Shown: piece by piece, positions 11,071 to 21,607 of the stretch
Layout: every line of letters starts with the position of its first letter
Numbering within the stretch: position 1 is the stretch's first letter
Assembly: GCA_963701855.1 (NCBI GenBank)
Contig: CAVPBK010000006.1
Location: 992,001 to 1,056,000, forward strand
Direction: 5' to 3'
Length of the DNA stretch: 64,000 bases
DNA from: Nitrospirota bacterium
Lineage (GTDB): Bacteria; Nitrospirota; Nitrospiria; Nitrospirales; Nitrospiraceae
Position numbers and translations under genes: made by a program
Notes under the pieces: model-generated
Told to the model about the DNA's origin: nothing
Database searches by the model: none
Seen by the model: the letters and a program-made list of their open reading frames with translations, nothing else

Positions 11071-12213
11071 CTAGTGTAGTGTATCAGTAATATCTTTACA
11101 GTGCTGGTCGGGTCTGGTAGCATCCACGGTATGTGGACTCCCCCCGACGCGTTGCGTATGACGGTCGAACAGAAACAGACGTTGGGCGCGTGGATTCGGG
11201 CGAAGGCCACCCCCCAGAGGATCGTCCTGCGGTCGCGGATTTGCCTGCTGGCGGCCGAGGGGATTGCCACTACCGCCATTGCCCAGCGCTTGGAAACCTC
11301 GCGTCCGACCGTGCGGCTGTGGCGGAATCGGTTCACCGAGGCGGGACCTTCGGGTCTGTCCGAGGATGCCCCGCATGGTCCCAGTGCCCAACGCTTGTCG
11401 CCCCGGAAAGTCTGGGCCATCGTGGAGGCCACCCTGCAGACCACGCCGCCCGACGCGACCCACTGGAGCACGCGGACGATGGCGAACGCGCAGGGGGTCA
11501 GCCATGTCAGCGTGGCGCGAATCTGGGACGCGCACGGCTTGAAACCGCACCGGAGCAAAACCTTCAAGTTGTCGACCGACCAGCGGTTTGTCGAGACGTT
11601 GACGGACGTGCTCGGCGTCTACCTCAACCCTCCGGACAAGGCGCTGGTGCTCTGCGTGGATGAAAAATCGCAGGTGCAGGCGTTGGACCGGACGCAACCG
11701 GGCTTGCCGATGAAGAAGGGGCGCTGCGGCACCATGACGCACGACTACAAGCGCCACGGGACCACCTGTCTGTTCGCGGCGCTCAATGTGCTGGACGGCA
11801 CCGTGATCGGCACCTGTTACCCGCGGCACCGCCACGAGGAGTTTCTGAAGTTCCTGCGCACCATTGACCGAGACACGCCGCATGGGGTGGCCCTCCACTT
11901 GATCCTGGACAACTACGGGACACACAACCACCCCCAGGTGAAGACGTGGCTGGAGAAGCATCCACGATTCCACCTGCACGTTACCCCAACGAGTGCCTCG
12001 TGGCTGAATCTGGTCGAACGATGGTTCGGGGAGATCACGCGGAAGCGCATCCGACGCGGCGTCTTCAAGAGCGTGCCGGAACTGGTCGCAGCCATCGACG
12101 AGTTCACTCGACTCACGAACAAGAACCCCAAGCCGTTCGTGTGGACCAAAACAGTCAAAGACATTCTGACGAAGATCAAGCATTGTAAAGCCGTTATTGA
12201 GACAGAACACTAG
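11071..12213 (+). mobile_element. IS630-family insertion sequence, apparently intact
   Basis: 33-bp imperfect TIRs (CTAGTGTAGTGTATCAGTAATATCTTTACAGTG / CTAGTGTTCTGTCTCAATAACGGCTTTACAATG, 25/33), CTAG at both ends (TA-type target). Confidence 0.93.
11131..12213 (+). CDS. IS630-family DDE transposase
   Basis: HTH N-terminus, VDEKS, THDYKRHGT, LDNY, SWLNLVERWF. Confidence 0.95.
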   Translation: MWTPPDALRMTVEQKQTLGAWIRAKATPQRIVLRSRICLLAAEGIATTAIAQRLETSRPTVRLWRNRFTEAGPSGLSEDAPHGPSAQRLSPRKVWAIVEATLQTTPPDATHWSTRTMANAQGVSHVSVARIWDAHGLKPHRSKTFKLSTDQRFVETLTDVLGVYLNPPDKALVLCVDEKSQVQALDRTQPGLPMKKGRCGTMTHDYKRHGTTCLFAALNVLDGTVIGTCYPRHRHEEFLKFLRTIDRDTPHGVALHLILDNYGTHNHPQVKTWLEKHPRFHLHVTPTSASWLNLVERWFGEITRKRIRRGVFKSVPELVAAIDEFTRLTNKNPKPFVWTKTVKDILTKIKHCKAVIETEH

Positions 12214-12392
12214 GAGCCTGTCCGACATTGCCTTCGTGACGAGGCGAAGAAGGCACAACCAGATAAAAGGCGAGATTGGAAGAACCGGAGCATATTCGAT
12301 GGAATAGGTTAAGGAGCCTTCATGGCCGAGCACGACGCAGCCGGTCGCGGATCGTTCATCGCAATAGAACGGTCAATGTCGGAGAGGCTCCT
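12212..12392. mobile_element. MITE-like element abutting the IS630
   Basis: 19-bp TIRs AGGAGCCTGTCCGACATTG / CAATGTCGGAGAGGCTCCT (18/19), ~180 bp, non-coding. Confidence 0.75.
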
Positions 12393-12394
12393 CG

Positions 12395-13090
12395 TTAGAA
12401 GAAGACCGATTGCCAGAGTGAAGAAATCCAATTCTTGAAGAAGGTCAACCAGTCCTCTTCGACTGGTTCGGACGGCTGGCCTCTCCGCGGTGGTATCGGG
12501 TTCGCTACGGGCTGATTGACTGATGCTGCCGTTGGCGTCACGGTCGCCTTGGGAGCAGGCTCGTTCGGAACAGAAGTTTGTGCTGAGGGAATAAGTGTTG
12601 TGTTAACCGGTTGGTTGGTCGCTACGGCCAAAGGGGGGGTTGGTGGTGCATTGCGTTCATCTACCGGGCGCAACTGTGACGTATAGTTGTCAACGGTTGA
12701 TTGCAGAGCGGCCCGCTGTTTGGTTGCACGTTTGAACCCGTCCCGCAAGCTCTTCTGTTCATCGGCCAGGTGCTTGATCGTTCGATTGAGGCTGCTCAAT
12801 CGTTTTTGCGATGCCGTACGCTCGGCTTTCATCTCCTTCGTGGTTTGATCGAGCGCCATCGAGGCGACCACCACTTGATTAGCGAGGTCTTTCTTGCGTT
12901 GTTGGAGGTTGTTGACCAGTTGGTCGAGCCCCTGCGTTTCGGCTCTGGCGCTCTGGAGATCGGATTTCGTCGCATCAAGATCGGCGGTGGCTGTCTCGTA
13001 GGTCCTCTGCGTGACACAAGCGCCGGTCGTGAGAGTGGCGAGACACAACATAGCGATGGCTGCGGTGTGAATGTTCTTGTTACGTTTCAT
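12395..13090 (-). CDS. Hypothetical coiled-coil lipoprotein
   Basis: Signal with lipobox-like TGAC, long heptad region, Pro-rich linker, amphipathic C-terminus. Confidence 0.65.
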   Translation of the reverse strand: MKRNKNIHTAAIAMLCLATLTTGACVTQRTYETATADLDATKSDLQSARAETQGLDQLVNNLQQRKKDLANQVVVASMALDQTTKEMKAERTASQKRLSSLNRTIKHLADEQKSLRDGFKRATKQRAALQSTVDNYTSQLRPVDERNAPPTPPLAVATNQPVNTTLIPSAQTSVPNEPAPKATVTPTAASVNQPVANPIPPRRGQPSEPVEEDWLTFFKNWISSLWQSVFF

Positions 13091-13241
13091 GGTGTCGTCC
13101 TCATCGTAATCGCTCAGCAGGCCGCCCCTCTGTAACTCCGACATCTCGTAGCTTGAAGAATCCCTTTACACGTTAATTAGATACGGCACAAATGGGACGC
13201 GCTAGTTTCACGAATATTCAGTAGCGTATTTTTTGCGATTG

Positions 13242-13257
13242 TGCAAGCAATGTGCCG
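13242..13257 (-). promoter_or_regulatory. Putative sigma54 -24/-12 promoter
   Basis: Minus strand CGGCACATTGCTTGCA (GG-N10-GC), upstream of 12395-13090. Confidence 0.6.
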
Positions 13258-13469
13258 ATTTCTGCACGAAGAACACCGTGGGTAATTTCACTGCGAGGGG
13301 CAAGACACATTTCGACATGCCTGGGTTGAGCGGGAGAAGAATTGGTGGGAACTCAACCTAACCTTCCGATTGCAATTGATTCTTGCGCTGCAGTAGCGTT
13401 GCCTATGGAGCCATCTGATGCCGAATTCAATTGTTGCCGGGGTGGTCCATTCCATGTATAAGGCACCCC

Positions 13470-14440
13470 ATGAACATACACCAGTGGCATTTCAGAATCG
13501 GCTGCCTCCTCGCCGGCGGGCTGCTTGTGCTGCTCAATTTAGCGGCATGTAGCAGTCCCCCGCTTGTGGCGTGTCCCATCCAGACAGAACTCACCTGGTT
13601 TGTCTGGTTGGATACGTATCAGGAGTTCGAAAAATCCCAGAAACTGCAGTACGATCATCCGGCTGAATGGAACGAGCGTGAGCTTGCGACGATTCTTTCC
13701 CGACTGTTGGTTCAGCCGGAGATGGGATTGCCCGACTCCAAACGTCCTCCTATTCCTGTCTTTACCGCCGAGGAAATTTCGCGTATGACGCCGACCCTGC
13801 GCACGGCATTTCAGCAGGCGCGGGGGTCAGAGTGGATGACGTTTGCGTTCTTGTATCCCACGGGCACAAACCTGAGGTCACATCAGGAACCTTCTTCATC
13901 GCGAACCGGCGGTTGCACGTGGCCATCGCTAATGAACGAGAAGTCATCAACCAATTTTCCACGGATATTGAGCTTGTCCGGAAAAACCCCATGCGATCCA
14001 TACGGGGAGTCCATGGACATCTGACGTTTGATCCGGCCCGGTTTATTGTGGAGACCGCCTCCAATTGGTCAGGAGGCTCAAATAACTCGGCCAGTGAGCG
14101 CGTGTTGGACTATCGAGAGATTCACACGATGCCCACGCCGTTCTTCTCTTCTGTGGCAGCCGTCCCGATGGCTGTGGCCTCGACTGGCTCCGGCGCGGGC
14201 CAGGCGTTGTGCGAAGGTTCTACAATCGGTCCTGCCTCTTTGAATGGCGGTACAGCGACGGAGCGCGACCTTGAACGAGAAAACCGAGACCTGAATGCGC
14301 AGGTGCGTCAGCTTGAGATACAGATCGAGGCCGTAACTCAACGTCTCAATGAACAGGAGCTCGTCTTACTCCAGCTTAGGAAGGACATTAATGCTGTTCG
14401 GTCGACGAAAACCAGAAAAGACTCGCGTCCTTCTCCATAA
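13470..14440 (+). pseudogene. Hypothetical lipoprotein split by a frameshift near 13870
   Basis: Overlapping ORFs 13431-14024 (LAAC lipobox) and 13832-14440 join into one plausible protein at ...YPTGT/EVTSGTFF... Confidence 0.6.
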
Positions 14441-14451
14441 GCGACGCCATC

Positions 14452-15444
14452 TTGTTGTTGTCCGAGGCTGCTCCTGCCGTGGTCACTGAGTTCGTCGTCA
14501 CATCCGGCGAGGCGCCGAAACGGCTGGATATCTTTCTGGTCAATCGTGAGCCAAAACTATCGCGGTCGGCCTTGCAACGGTTGATTGGGCAAGGACGTGT
14601 GCGAATCAACGGTCAGGTTGTTAAGCCCAGTCAAAAGATCAAGCCTGGCGACACCATCGCCTTCGACATTCCAAAAGCAGAGCCACTAGAACTCAAAGGC
14701 GAATCGATTCCACTTGATATTCTCTATGAGGACGACGTGTTGCTGCTTCTCAATAAACCGGCCGGCTTGGTGGTTCATCCTGCGCCGGGTCATTGGGCCG
14801 GGACGTTGGTCAATGCCCTCCTCTATCATTTTCAGACCTCCGGTGGCACCGTGTCGACGATTGGCGGGAAAGAACGGCCTGGACTGGTCCATCGGCTGGA
14901 CAAGGATACCTCCGGCGTAATGGTGATTGCCAAAACAGACGAAGCCCATCGTGCTCTTTCGGCTCAATTCAAACATCACACGATCACGCGGGTGTACGAG
15001 GCTCTGATCTCAGGCATGCCGAAAAAATGTCATGGGTTGATCGAGCTGGCGATTGGCCGTGACAAGAAGGAGCGGAAAAAATTCTCCGCCCATACTGCGA
15101 GACCGAAGGAGTCTGTGACAGAATACAAGGTCGACCGTCGATTCGGGAAACTGGCCGCTCATGTGCTCTTGTACCCACGCACAGGCCGGACGCACCAGCT
15201 TCGTGTCCATCTGACGTCGCTGGGCCATCCGATTCTGGGAGATCAGACCTATGGCGGGAAGAAGGTCTGCACCGTTGAGACTGTCGAGATCCCCCGCGTG
15301 ATGTTGCATGCAAGAACCCTGGGCTTCCACCACCCTTCGACCGGAGAGTTTCATGAGTATACAAAGCCTTTCCCGTCCGATATGGAGCAGGTGGTTCAGG
15401 CCCTCGCCGGTCTCACGCCTCCTCAAGGCACCAGAAAATCTTGA
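14452..15444 (+). CDS. rluD: RluA-family 23S rRNA pseudouridine synthase (RluD-like)
   Basis: S4 domain, NKPAGLVVHP, VHRLDKDTSG, TGRTHQLRVH. Confidence 0.9.
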   Translation: MLLSEAAPAVVTEFVVTSGEAPKRLDIFLVNREPKLSRSALQRLIGQGRVRINGQVVKPSQKIKPGDTIAFDIPKAEPLELKGESIPLDILYEDDVLLLLNKPAGLVVHPAPGHWAGTLVNALLYHFQTSGGTVSTIGGKERPGLVHRLDKDTSGVMVIAKTDEAHRALSAQFKHHTITRVYEALISGMPKKCHGLIELAIGRDKKERKKFSAHTARPKESVTEYKVDRRFGKLAAHVLLYPRTGRTHQLRVHLTSLGHPILGDQTYGGKKVCTVETVEIPRVMLHARTLGFHHPSTGEFHEYTKPFPSDMEQVVQALAGLTPPQGTRKS

Positions 15445-15492
15445 TAGGCCTGTCAGCTTGGCGTAAACAATGCCGCCTCGAAGGATAAGTTC

Positions 15493-15915
15493 ATGCAGAC
15501 CACCGATGTACTGGACGTGATGGGCGGATTGATTGCTCAGTTGAAGGTCTATGCGGCAAAATTGCCGCCGATCGTTCACCTGTCGGCAGTGCCGACCGGC
15601 GTGAAGCCCAAGTTTGAGGCAATCGAAGAGTATGAAGAGATCGTCTCCAGGTTCCGGAGCCAAAGCGCCGGGACTCCCTATAGAGGTCTGAACGAATTAT
15701 TTGTGGAATCGTTGGAAGCCTTCGAAGTCGGCCGATTGCTCGGCTCTGTCCATCCGCTCCTCTCGGTACTCGATCATCTGGAACGAATGCAGCGGGATAA
15801 AGAGGTCAAAATCGGACGGATCGACCAGGAGCGCACAGGCGAGTATCGGTCCACACTGAATAAAATTCTACCTGGCAACAAGCCGGAGTTGGACGGCGCC
15901 GGACGGGGAATGTGA
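15493..15915 (+). CDS. Hypothetical protein
   Basis: 140-aa ORF with RBS and plausible helical composition. Confidence 0.6.
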   Translation: MQTTDVLDVMGGLIAQLKVYAAKLPPIVHLSAVPTGVKPKFEAIEEYEEIVSRFRSQSAGTPYRGLNELFVESLEAFEVGRLLGSVHPLLSVLDHLERMQRDKEVKIGRIDQERTGEYRSTLNKILPGNKPELDGAGRGM

Positions 15916-15973
15916 CTAGAGTGCTGCGTTGGGCCTCAACTCAAAGCTTTCAACTCAGGACTCTACGAAGCGG

Positions 15974-16153
15974 TCAATGCCCCATTTTAGGGCCGGCAGC
16001 CGTGTCTCCCTGCGATACAAGCGCGAAGCGAACGGTTGACCCACAATGAGGGCACTTGGCTCGAATGGTCGACTCATCCAGGAGTTCATATTGGTTCTCT
16101 GTGAGCCACATGAGTTGAGAGCACTTGGGGCAGCTACGGACTTGCGTTGCCAT
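15974..16153 (-). CDS. Small zinc-ribbon protein
   Basis: CPKC...CPHC pair; GAGGA RBS before ATG 16153. Confidence 0.7.
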   Translation of the reverse strand: MATQVRSCPKCSQLMWLTENQYELLDESTIRAKCPHCGSTVRFALVSQGDTAAGPKMGH

Positions 16154-16215
16154 GATGTTCCTCGTACACTCCGCGTGATCTTGGTTGTTGTCACTGGGAG
16201 ATAATCTAGTACAAG

Positions 16216-16647
16216 ATGACCCCAACCCTCAAGCCCGCCATCACCTTCACTGAAAAGAAGCATATCGACCCAGTCAAGCTCGTCCGCCTTTACCAGCAAG
16301 CGCCTTGGGCCAAAGGACGAACGCTTGAGGATGCACGCGAGATGCTGCGCCACACCGATATGGCCGTGACTGCGTGGGATGGGGATCTGCTGATCGGATT
16401 TGGCCGAGTATTAACGGACTATGTCTATCGAGCGACCATCTGGGATGTCATCGTCGATAAGGCATACCAGCGTCAAGGCATCGGCGCAGATATCGTCCAG
16501 CGCATCCTGAACCAGCCCCGCCTCAAGAAAGTCGAACTCTTCTGGCTCTGCACACGCATGCCGGGTTTTTACGAAAAACTTGGTTTTAGCTCAAAGGAGC
16601 AGACTGGGATGGTGTGGAGCCGATCAAAGCAAGGCCGGCAGGAATAG
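16216..16647 (+). CDS. GNAT-family N-acetyltransferase
   Basis: DVIVDKAYQRQGIG, FYEKLGF. Confidence 0.9.
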   Translation: MTPTLKPAITFTEKKHIDPVKLVRLYQQAPWAKGRTLEDAREMLRHTDMAVTAWDGDLLIGFGRVLTDYVYRATIWDVIVDKAYQRQGIGADIVQRILNQPRLKKVELFWLCTRMPGFYEKLGFSSKEQTGMVWSRSKQGRQE

Positions 16648-16760
16648 ATCGCTTTCTCCGAGCCTGATATCGTTTATCCCTGTCCATCTATCGTATCTGA
16701 CGTAGAACCCCCGCAACCCGAGGGATCCGCGTGACTCAAGCTGTCTCGAGTATTCAGAAA

Positions 16761-17402
16761 TTAAAAGAAAAGCTTGGCGCCGAAGAGGAAGCCGAAAGAA
16801 GAGGCGTTCCAGTCGTTATCCCGTGAACCATTCACCGTGGCGTGGCCGTCGTTACGTTTGTAGGCCATTTCCGTGTTCAGCGCAAACTGCTTGGTGAGCA
16901 TATAGTCGGCGCCCCAGCCGAGTCTCCACGCAAATGTGTTGCTAGGGCTAATTTGGGTGCCGGTATTCTCTCCAAAGCTATTCACGTTTACGCCGAAACT
17001 CATATTTGCATAGGGTATGACTGGGCCAAACTTGACCGGACGGACTTCCACTGTCGGAAGCACAGATATGGTGTCTTGATGGCCTAAGTCCCGGTCGGGC
17101 TGTTCTTGATTCACGGTATGGCGCTCCCACTCTAACATCATCCCGACCAAGAGCCACTTGTTGAGACTATACATGCCTTGGAAATTAACCAAGGAGCCCA
17201 CCTCGGTTGAGGTATTAGCAGTCAACGATTGGGTCAAGGGGGCAAATCCTGCGCGCATGCCGAGGACCCATTTCCCTTCCTCAATACCGCCGAAGCTCTG
17301 TTTGCCATCTTCCGCCAAGACCAGCTGAGCAGGAGACAGGATCGAGACAACACTCACTATCATAAACCCAATCATACAAGCCCGTAACGCTACGAATCGC
17401 AT
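16761..17402 (-). CDS. Outer-membrane beta-barrel protein (OmpW/OmpA-like 8-strand)
   Basis: Signal peptide, amphipathic strands, GWGADY, C-terminal Phe. Confidence 0.8.
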   Translation of the reverse strand: MRFVALRACMIGFMIVSVVSILSPAQLVLAEDGKQSFGGIEEGKWVLGMRAGFAPLTQSLTANTSTEVGSLVNFQGMYSLNKWLLVGMMLEWERHTVNQEQPDRDLGHQDTISVLPTVEVRPVKFGPVIPYANMSFGVNVNSFGENTGTQISPSNTFAWRLGWGADYMLTKQFALNTEMAYKRNDGHATVNGSRDNDWNASSFGFLFGAKLFF

Positions 17403-17648
17403 GAAACTCCTCCTCTGATATATTTGAGTGAAAATATCGTGATGACTTGCCCCTCAGCGCAAATTCTATGCCTCATGACACCGAGGCTAGTAGGTGCATC
17501 TTCCTCTGCAATAATCTAACTATTTGGCAACTTCTGCATCGACCCAGAGAATCGCCCTTGCCGTCAGATATCTTGCAAGTCATCAACTGACTCGTGAATG
17601 ACACAGTGGCTGTACGCATAGCCCTACAGTCAGGTTAAAATGAGATAT

Positions 17649-18473
17649 CTAGTGAGCACGCGCGGTACGTTTCATTCTTTTTGGAGAGAGCAGCACCGAG
17701 ATGAAGAAGACGGTTGTGGCGAGAAGGACGATTGCGGGTCCGGAAGGCACATCCCAGGTTGCAGAGATTACTACTCCGGTTACGGCCGTAGTCACGCCGA
17801 TAATGGTGGAATATAGGGTGAGTGTCCTGAGGCTGGAGGTGAGTTGATATGCTGTTGAGGCAGGAATCAGAATCATGGCAAACACGAGAATAGCGCCGAC
17901 AGTTTTCAAAGAGACCACGACCGTGAGAGCGACAAGAGTCAACAGGAGAAAGAACATACGTCGCGCTGGGACGCCGGAGGCCTCGGCCATCTCTTGATCG
18001 AACGCGATAAAGTATAGTTCTTTCGAAAACAACAAAATGAGACCGAGCACCAGGATGCTCAACCCTCCAATGATGCGCAGCTCTTCACTCGTGACCGACA
18101 GGACACTCCCAAATAGATAGCCGTACACCTCCGCATTGTAACTTTTCATGAGGCCGATGAAGAGAATGGCCAGCGCCATCGTTGTGGTGTAGAGAATGCC
18201 GATCGAGACGTCCAGTTTCATCCGGCCTTTTTCTTCGACCCAGCCCGTTATCCACACCGTGGCAAGACCAAAGAGGATCGCCAGCCCCAGCGGAGGCCAG
18301 CCCATGAGGTAGCCTAGCGCCACACCGGCAAACGCCGCATGCGACGTGCCTGCCCCGACAAATGCCAACCCTCGCAGCACGACGAAGACACCGATGACAG
18401 AACAGAGCCCCCCCACCATCGCCGCCGCAAGGAGAGAACGCTGCATGAAGTCATAGGTGAATAGTTCAAGCAT
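17649..18473 (-). CDS. znuB: Zn/Mn ABC transporter permease
   Basis: SHAAFAG, YLFGSVL, FDQEMA, VGAILV. Confidence 0.85.
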   Translation of the reverse strand: MLELFTYDFMQRSLLAAAMVGGLCSVIGVFVVLRGLAFVGAGTSHAAFAGVALGYLMGWPPLGLAILFGLATVWITGWVEEKGRMKLDVSIGILYTTTMALAILFIGLMKSYNAEVYGYLFGSVLSVTSEELRIIGGLSILVLGLILLFSKELYFIAFDQEMAEASGVPARRMFFLLLTLVALTVVVSLKTVGAILVFAMILIPASTAYQLTSSLRTLTLYSTIIGVTTAVTGVVISATWDVPSGPAIVLLATTVFFISVLLSPKRMKRTARAH

Positions 18474-18485
18474 TGCACTGTGTAG

Positions 18486-19319
18486 TCAGTGATGGTGGTG
18501 GTAATCCTCAACGATAACAAGATCTTTCTCGGTAATTACCAGATCTTTCCCATAGACCTCGCTGAGGATTTCAGGTTTGAGGACATCAGCGGGAGGCCCT
18601 GCGGCGTAGAGGCGGGTCTTGAGAAGCACGAGCCGGTCCACCCGAGAACGGATCATACTAATGTCATGGGTGATCAAGAGTACGGTGAGTCCAAGTTCGT
18701 CGTGCAGGTGCTCGACCAGCTCTATCACATTATGCTGAGCGGTAATGTCTAGTCCTGTGGTCGGTTCGTCAAGCAGGAGAACTTTGGGCTGTTGGGCTAA
18801 CGCCCTCGCGATGAACACACGCTGCTGCTGGCCGCCGGAGAGATGGCCCAGAGCCGTGTCCTTGTGCCTCTCCATTCCGACATAGGTGAGAGATTCGATT
18901 GCGATCTTCTGATCTTTCGGTCCTGGGCGCTTAAACAAACCCAATGCCCCATATCGGCCCATCAGCACCGTTTCAAGCACCGTGACCGGAAAGTTACGAT
19001 CCACAACACCCTTTTGCGGGAGGTATCCGATCTTCGCCCGGTGGTGGCACCGCAATTCATCACAGGCACAATCGAAAATATGGAGACAGCCCTCGACGGG
19101 AGCCATGAGACCCAGTACGGCTCGGCAGAGTGTGGTTTTCCCCGATCCGTTGGGGCCGATGACACCGATAAACTCGCCAGCGTTGATGGATAGGGAAATG
19201 TCCTTGAGCGCGATGACGCCGGGAAATCCGAACGACGCGTGGTCAAACCGAATGATAGGCTCAAGGGAGTCTGGCACGAAACCCGGCGCTCCTTCCGGCG
19301 CTGAGGAGATGGCCCACAA
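18486..19319 (-). CDS. znuC: Zn/Mn ABC transporter ATPase
   Basis: [22 protein letters not shown]-terminal HHHH. Confidence 0.85.
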   Translation of the reverse strand: MWAISSAPEGAPGFVPDSLEPIIRFDHASFGFPGVIALKDISLSINAGEFIGVIGPNGSGKTTLCRAVLGLMAPVEGCLHIFDCACDELRCHHRAKIGYLPQKGVVDRNFPVTVLETVLMGRYGALGLFKRPGPKDQKIAIESLTYVGMERHKDTALGHLSGGQQQRVFIARALAQQPKVLLLDEPTTGLDITAQHNVIELVEHLHDELGLTVLLITHDISMIRSRVDRLVLLKTRLYAAGPPADVLKPEILSEVYGKDLVITEKDLVIVEDYHHHH

Positions 19320-19324
19320 AGCCG

Positions 19325-20278
19325 CTATGGGGACTCTAGGGCATTCGCTAATTGGAGCACATTATAGCGAAGCATGTCGATGTAGGTCTCGGTCCCTGGT
19401 AGGCCACCTGGTAATGTGGTCAAGACGACGATTCGTGCTTTGGTTTCCTTGGCGAGTAGCTCGGGAATTTTTTGACTGAGCTGGATCTCCGATACGATGA
19501 CCTTGATCTTGTCTTTTTTGATCTTGCCGATTAGGGATTGCAGCTGAAGTGCTGATGGCTCTGTGCCGGACTGCATCTGAATGGTCGCGGCCACGTCGAA
19601 GCCAAAGCGCCTTGCCATGTAGGGCCAGGCTGGATGGTGAGCAATGAAGCGACGATCCGGCAACTGTTTGACCCGATCAGAGAGTTCATTCCGCAGTCGG
19701 TCTAATTGCTGAAGATAGACGGCTTGACGGTTTCGGAAGTCTGTTGCATGGGCGGGATCGGCTGCGATCAGAGCTTCGGTAATATGACGCAGCATGATGG
19801 CGACGTTTTCCGGATCCAGCCAGATATGGGGGTTTCCGCTTGACCCCGTCGGCTCTCCCCCCTGATGTGTCCCATCCCGACGCGCTGCATGGTCACGAAT
19901 CAGGGCGATTCCTTGAGATGTCGTGACAACGCGAAGCGACCGGCTTCCGGCATTCTTCACCAGCGAAGAGACCCATACTTCAAGACCGATCCCGACCTCA
20001 AACAACAGTCTGGCATTTCGCACTGCAACCAAGTCGCTCGGTCTCGGCGAATACGTGTGCTCATTTTCATAGCCGCTCAGCAAAGAGGTCACCCGTACGT
20101 GGGGTCCTCCGACTTGTTGAGCCAAATCTTTGAGAACAGGAATTGTGACGACGATATTGAGGGGCTCGTCAAGCGAAGCGGCAAGGGCTAGGGGTGCTGC
20201 GAACAAGCCGTCGCTGACGAAGAGAGCCCAGAGGAGGAGCGCGGATAGAAAACTTAACATGGGCGAGGACGGTAGCAT
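19325..20278 (-). CDS. znuA: Zn/Mn ABC transporter substrate-binding protein
   Basis: EHTYSPRP, NPHIWLDP, HPAWPY cluster A-I motifs. Confidence 0.85.
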   Translation of the reverse strand: MLPSSPMLSFLSALLLWALFVSDGLFAAPLALAASLDEPLNIVVTIPVLKDLAQQVGGPHVRVTSLLSGYENEHTYSPRPSDLVAVRNARLLFEVGIGLEVWVSSLVKNAGSRSLRVVTTSQGIALIRDHAARRDGTHQGGEPTGSSGNPHIWLDPENVAIMLRHITEALIAADPAHATDFRNRQAVYLQQLDRLRNELSDRVKQLPDRRFIAHHPAWPYMARRFGFDVAATIQMQSGTEPSALQLQSLIGKIKKDKIKVIVSEIQLSQKIPELLAKETKARIVVLTTLPGGLPGTETYIDMLRYNVLQLANALESP

Positions 20279-20421
20279 CGGGTTCTATCGTTGTCAACGC
20301 AACGATCTGCCCGTACGACTGGAGCTAGATGACAATGTTTCCCTGCTTGACCTCACTGGGTAGTTCCATTAGCGTAGCGGGTCTAAAGCACTTGCAGGGT
20401 AATCACCGGAGGAATCAACGG

Positions 20422-21600
20422 ATGCACGTCGTGGGACTCATGTCGGGAACATCCGGCGATGGGGTCGATGCAGCACTCGTGGACATTACTGGGCGAGGCC
20501 GCTCCCTGAAAGCCCGGACGCTGGCGGCACATACGCTAGCCTATCCACGTTCGTTACAACAGCGTATTCTCTCCGCGTCAGTTTCGGGAACGGTCGCGGA
20601 GGTATGTCACCTCAATGCGCTATTGGGCGAATGGTTTGCGAACGCGGCGCTGCACGTCATTCGACAAGCGAAATTTCAACCGAGCAATGTGGCATTGATC
20701 GGCTCACATGGCCAAACCCTGCATCATCTTCCACATGGCATCCATGCGCCAGGAGTCGGCGCCATTCGTTCCACCCTGCAGATCGCCGAGCCGGCAGTCA
20801 TTGCCGAACGAACGGGGATTACCACTGTGGCCAATTTCCGTTCGCGTGACATCGCCGCAGGCGGTCAAGGGGCTCCGTTGACGCCAACAGCACATGCGCT
20901 GCTCTTGAAGCATGCGCGGCGTGCACGGTTAGTGGTGAATCTCGGGGGCATCAGCAACGTGACGTATGTGCCGAAAGGTGGACACCTCAACAAGGTGCAG
21001 GCGTTCGATACGGGGCCGGCCAATATGGTCCTGGATAGTCTTATGGTACGCGTGACCGACGGGCGGTTGTTGATGGATCGTGAAGGAAAACTGGCCATGA
21101 AGGGGCAGGTCGACTCACGATTGTTGGGCAAGCTCCTCGCGCATCCCTTTCTATCCAAGCGGCCGCCCAAATCGACCGGACGTGAAGCATTCGGTCCTGA
21201 TCTCATCGAGGAGTTGATCACCCTCCAGCAACAACGCAACCTCTCGCTCGAAGATCTGTTGGCGACCTGCAGTATGTGGACGGCCAAGGCGGTGGGAACC
21301 TCGCGGCGGTGGATCAACGATGAGATTAATGAAGTCGTAGTGGGCGGGGGCGGCGTCCGTAACCGTGCAATCATGAACCATCTCGCAATAGTTTTCGCCC
21401 CTGTTCCGGTCACCACATTTGAGGCCCTAGGATGGGACAGTAAGGTGTTTGAAGCGGTGGCCTTCGCCCTCTTGGCCTATCAAACCGTGACCGGACAGTG
21501 GGGCAACATCCCTTCTGTGACGGGCGCGAACCATCCCGTGCTCCTTGGCACCATTGTCCCAAGCGGACCTCGCTGGCGTGAATCTCTTCCTGGTCGATAG
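20422..21600 (+). CDS. anmK: Anhydro-N-acetylmuramic acid kinase
   Basis: GLMSGTSGDGVD, GSHGQT, GGQGAPL, FDTGPAN, PKSTGRE. Confidence 0.95.
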   Translation: MHVVGLMSGTSGDGVDAALVDITGRGRSLKARTLAAHTLAYPRSLQQRILSASVSGTVAEVCHLNALLGEWFANAALHVIRQAKFQPSNVALIGSHGQTLHHLPHGIHAPGVGAIRSTLQIAEPAVIAERTGITTVANFRSRDIAAGGQGAPLTPTAHALLLKHARRARLVVNLGGISNVTYVPKGGHLNKVQAFDTGPANMVLDSLMVRVTDGRLLMDREGKLAMKGQVDSRLLGKLLAHPFLSKRPPKSTGREAFGPDLIEELITLQQQRNLSLEDLLATCSMWTAKAVGTSRRWINDEINEVVVGGGGVRNRAIMNHLAIVFAPVPVTTFEALGWDSKVFEAVAFALLAYQTVTGQWGNIPSVTGANHPVLLGTIVPSGPRWRESLPGR

Positions 21601-21607
21601 CAGCAAG

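Noticed and set aside
11071..12333. 420-aa antisense ORF over the IS630
   Set aside because: Shadow of the GC-rich transposase frame; no recognisable motifs
18248..18256. Perfect DnaA box TTATCCACA
   Set aside because: Single copy inside znuB; no cluster, so no oriC called in this window
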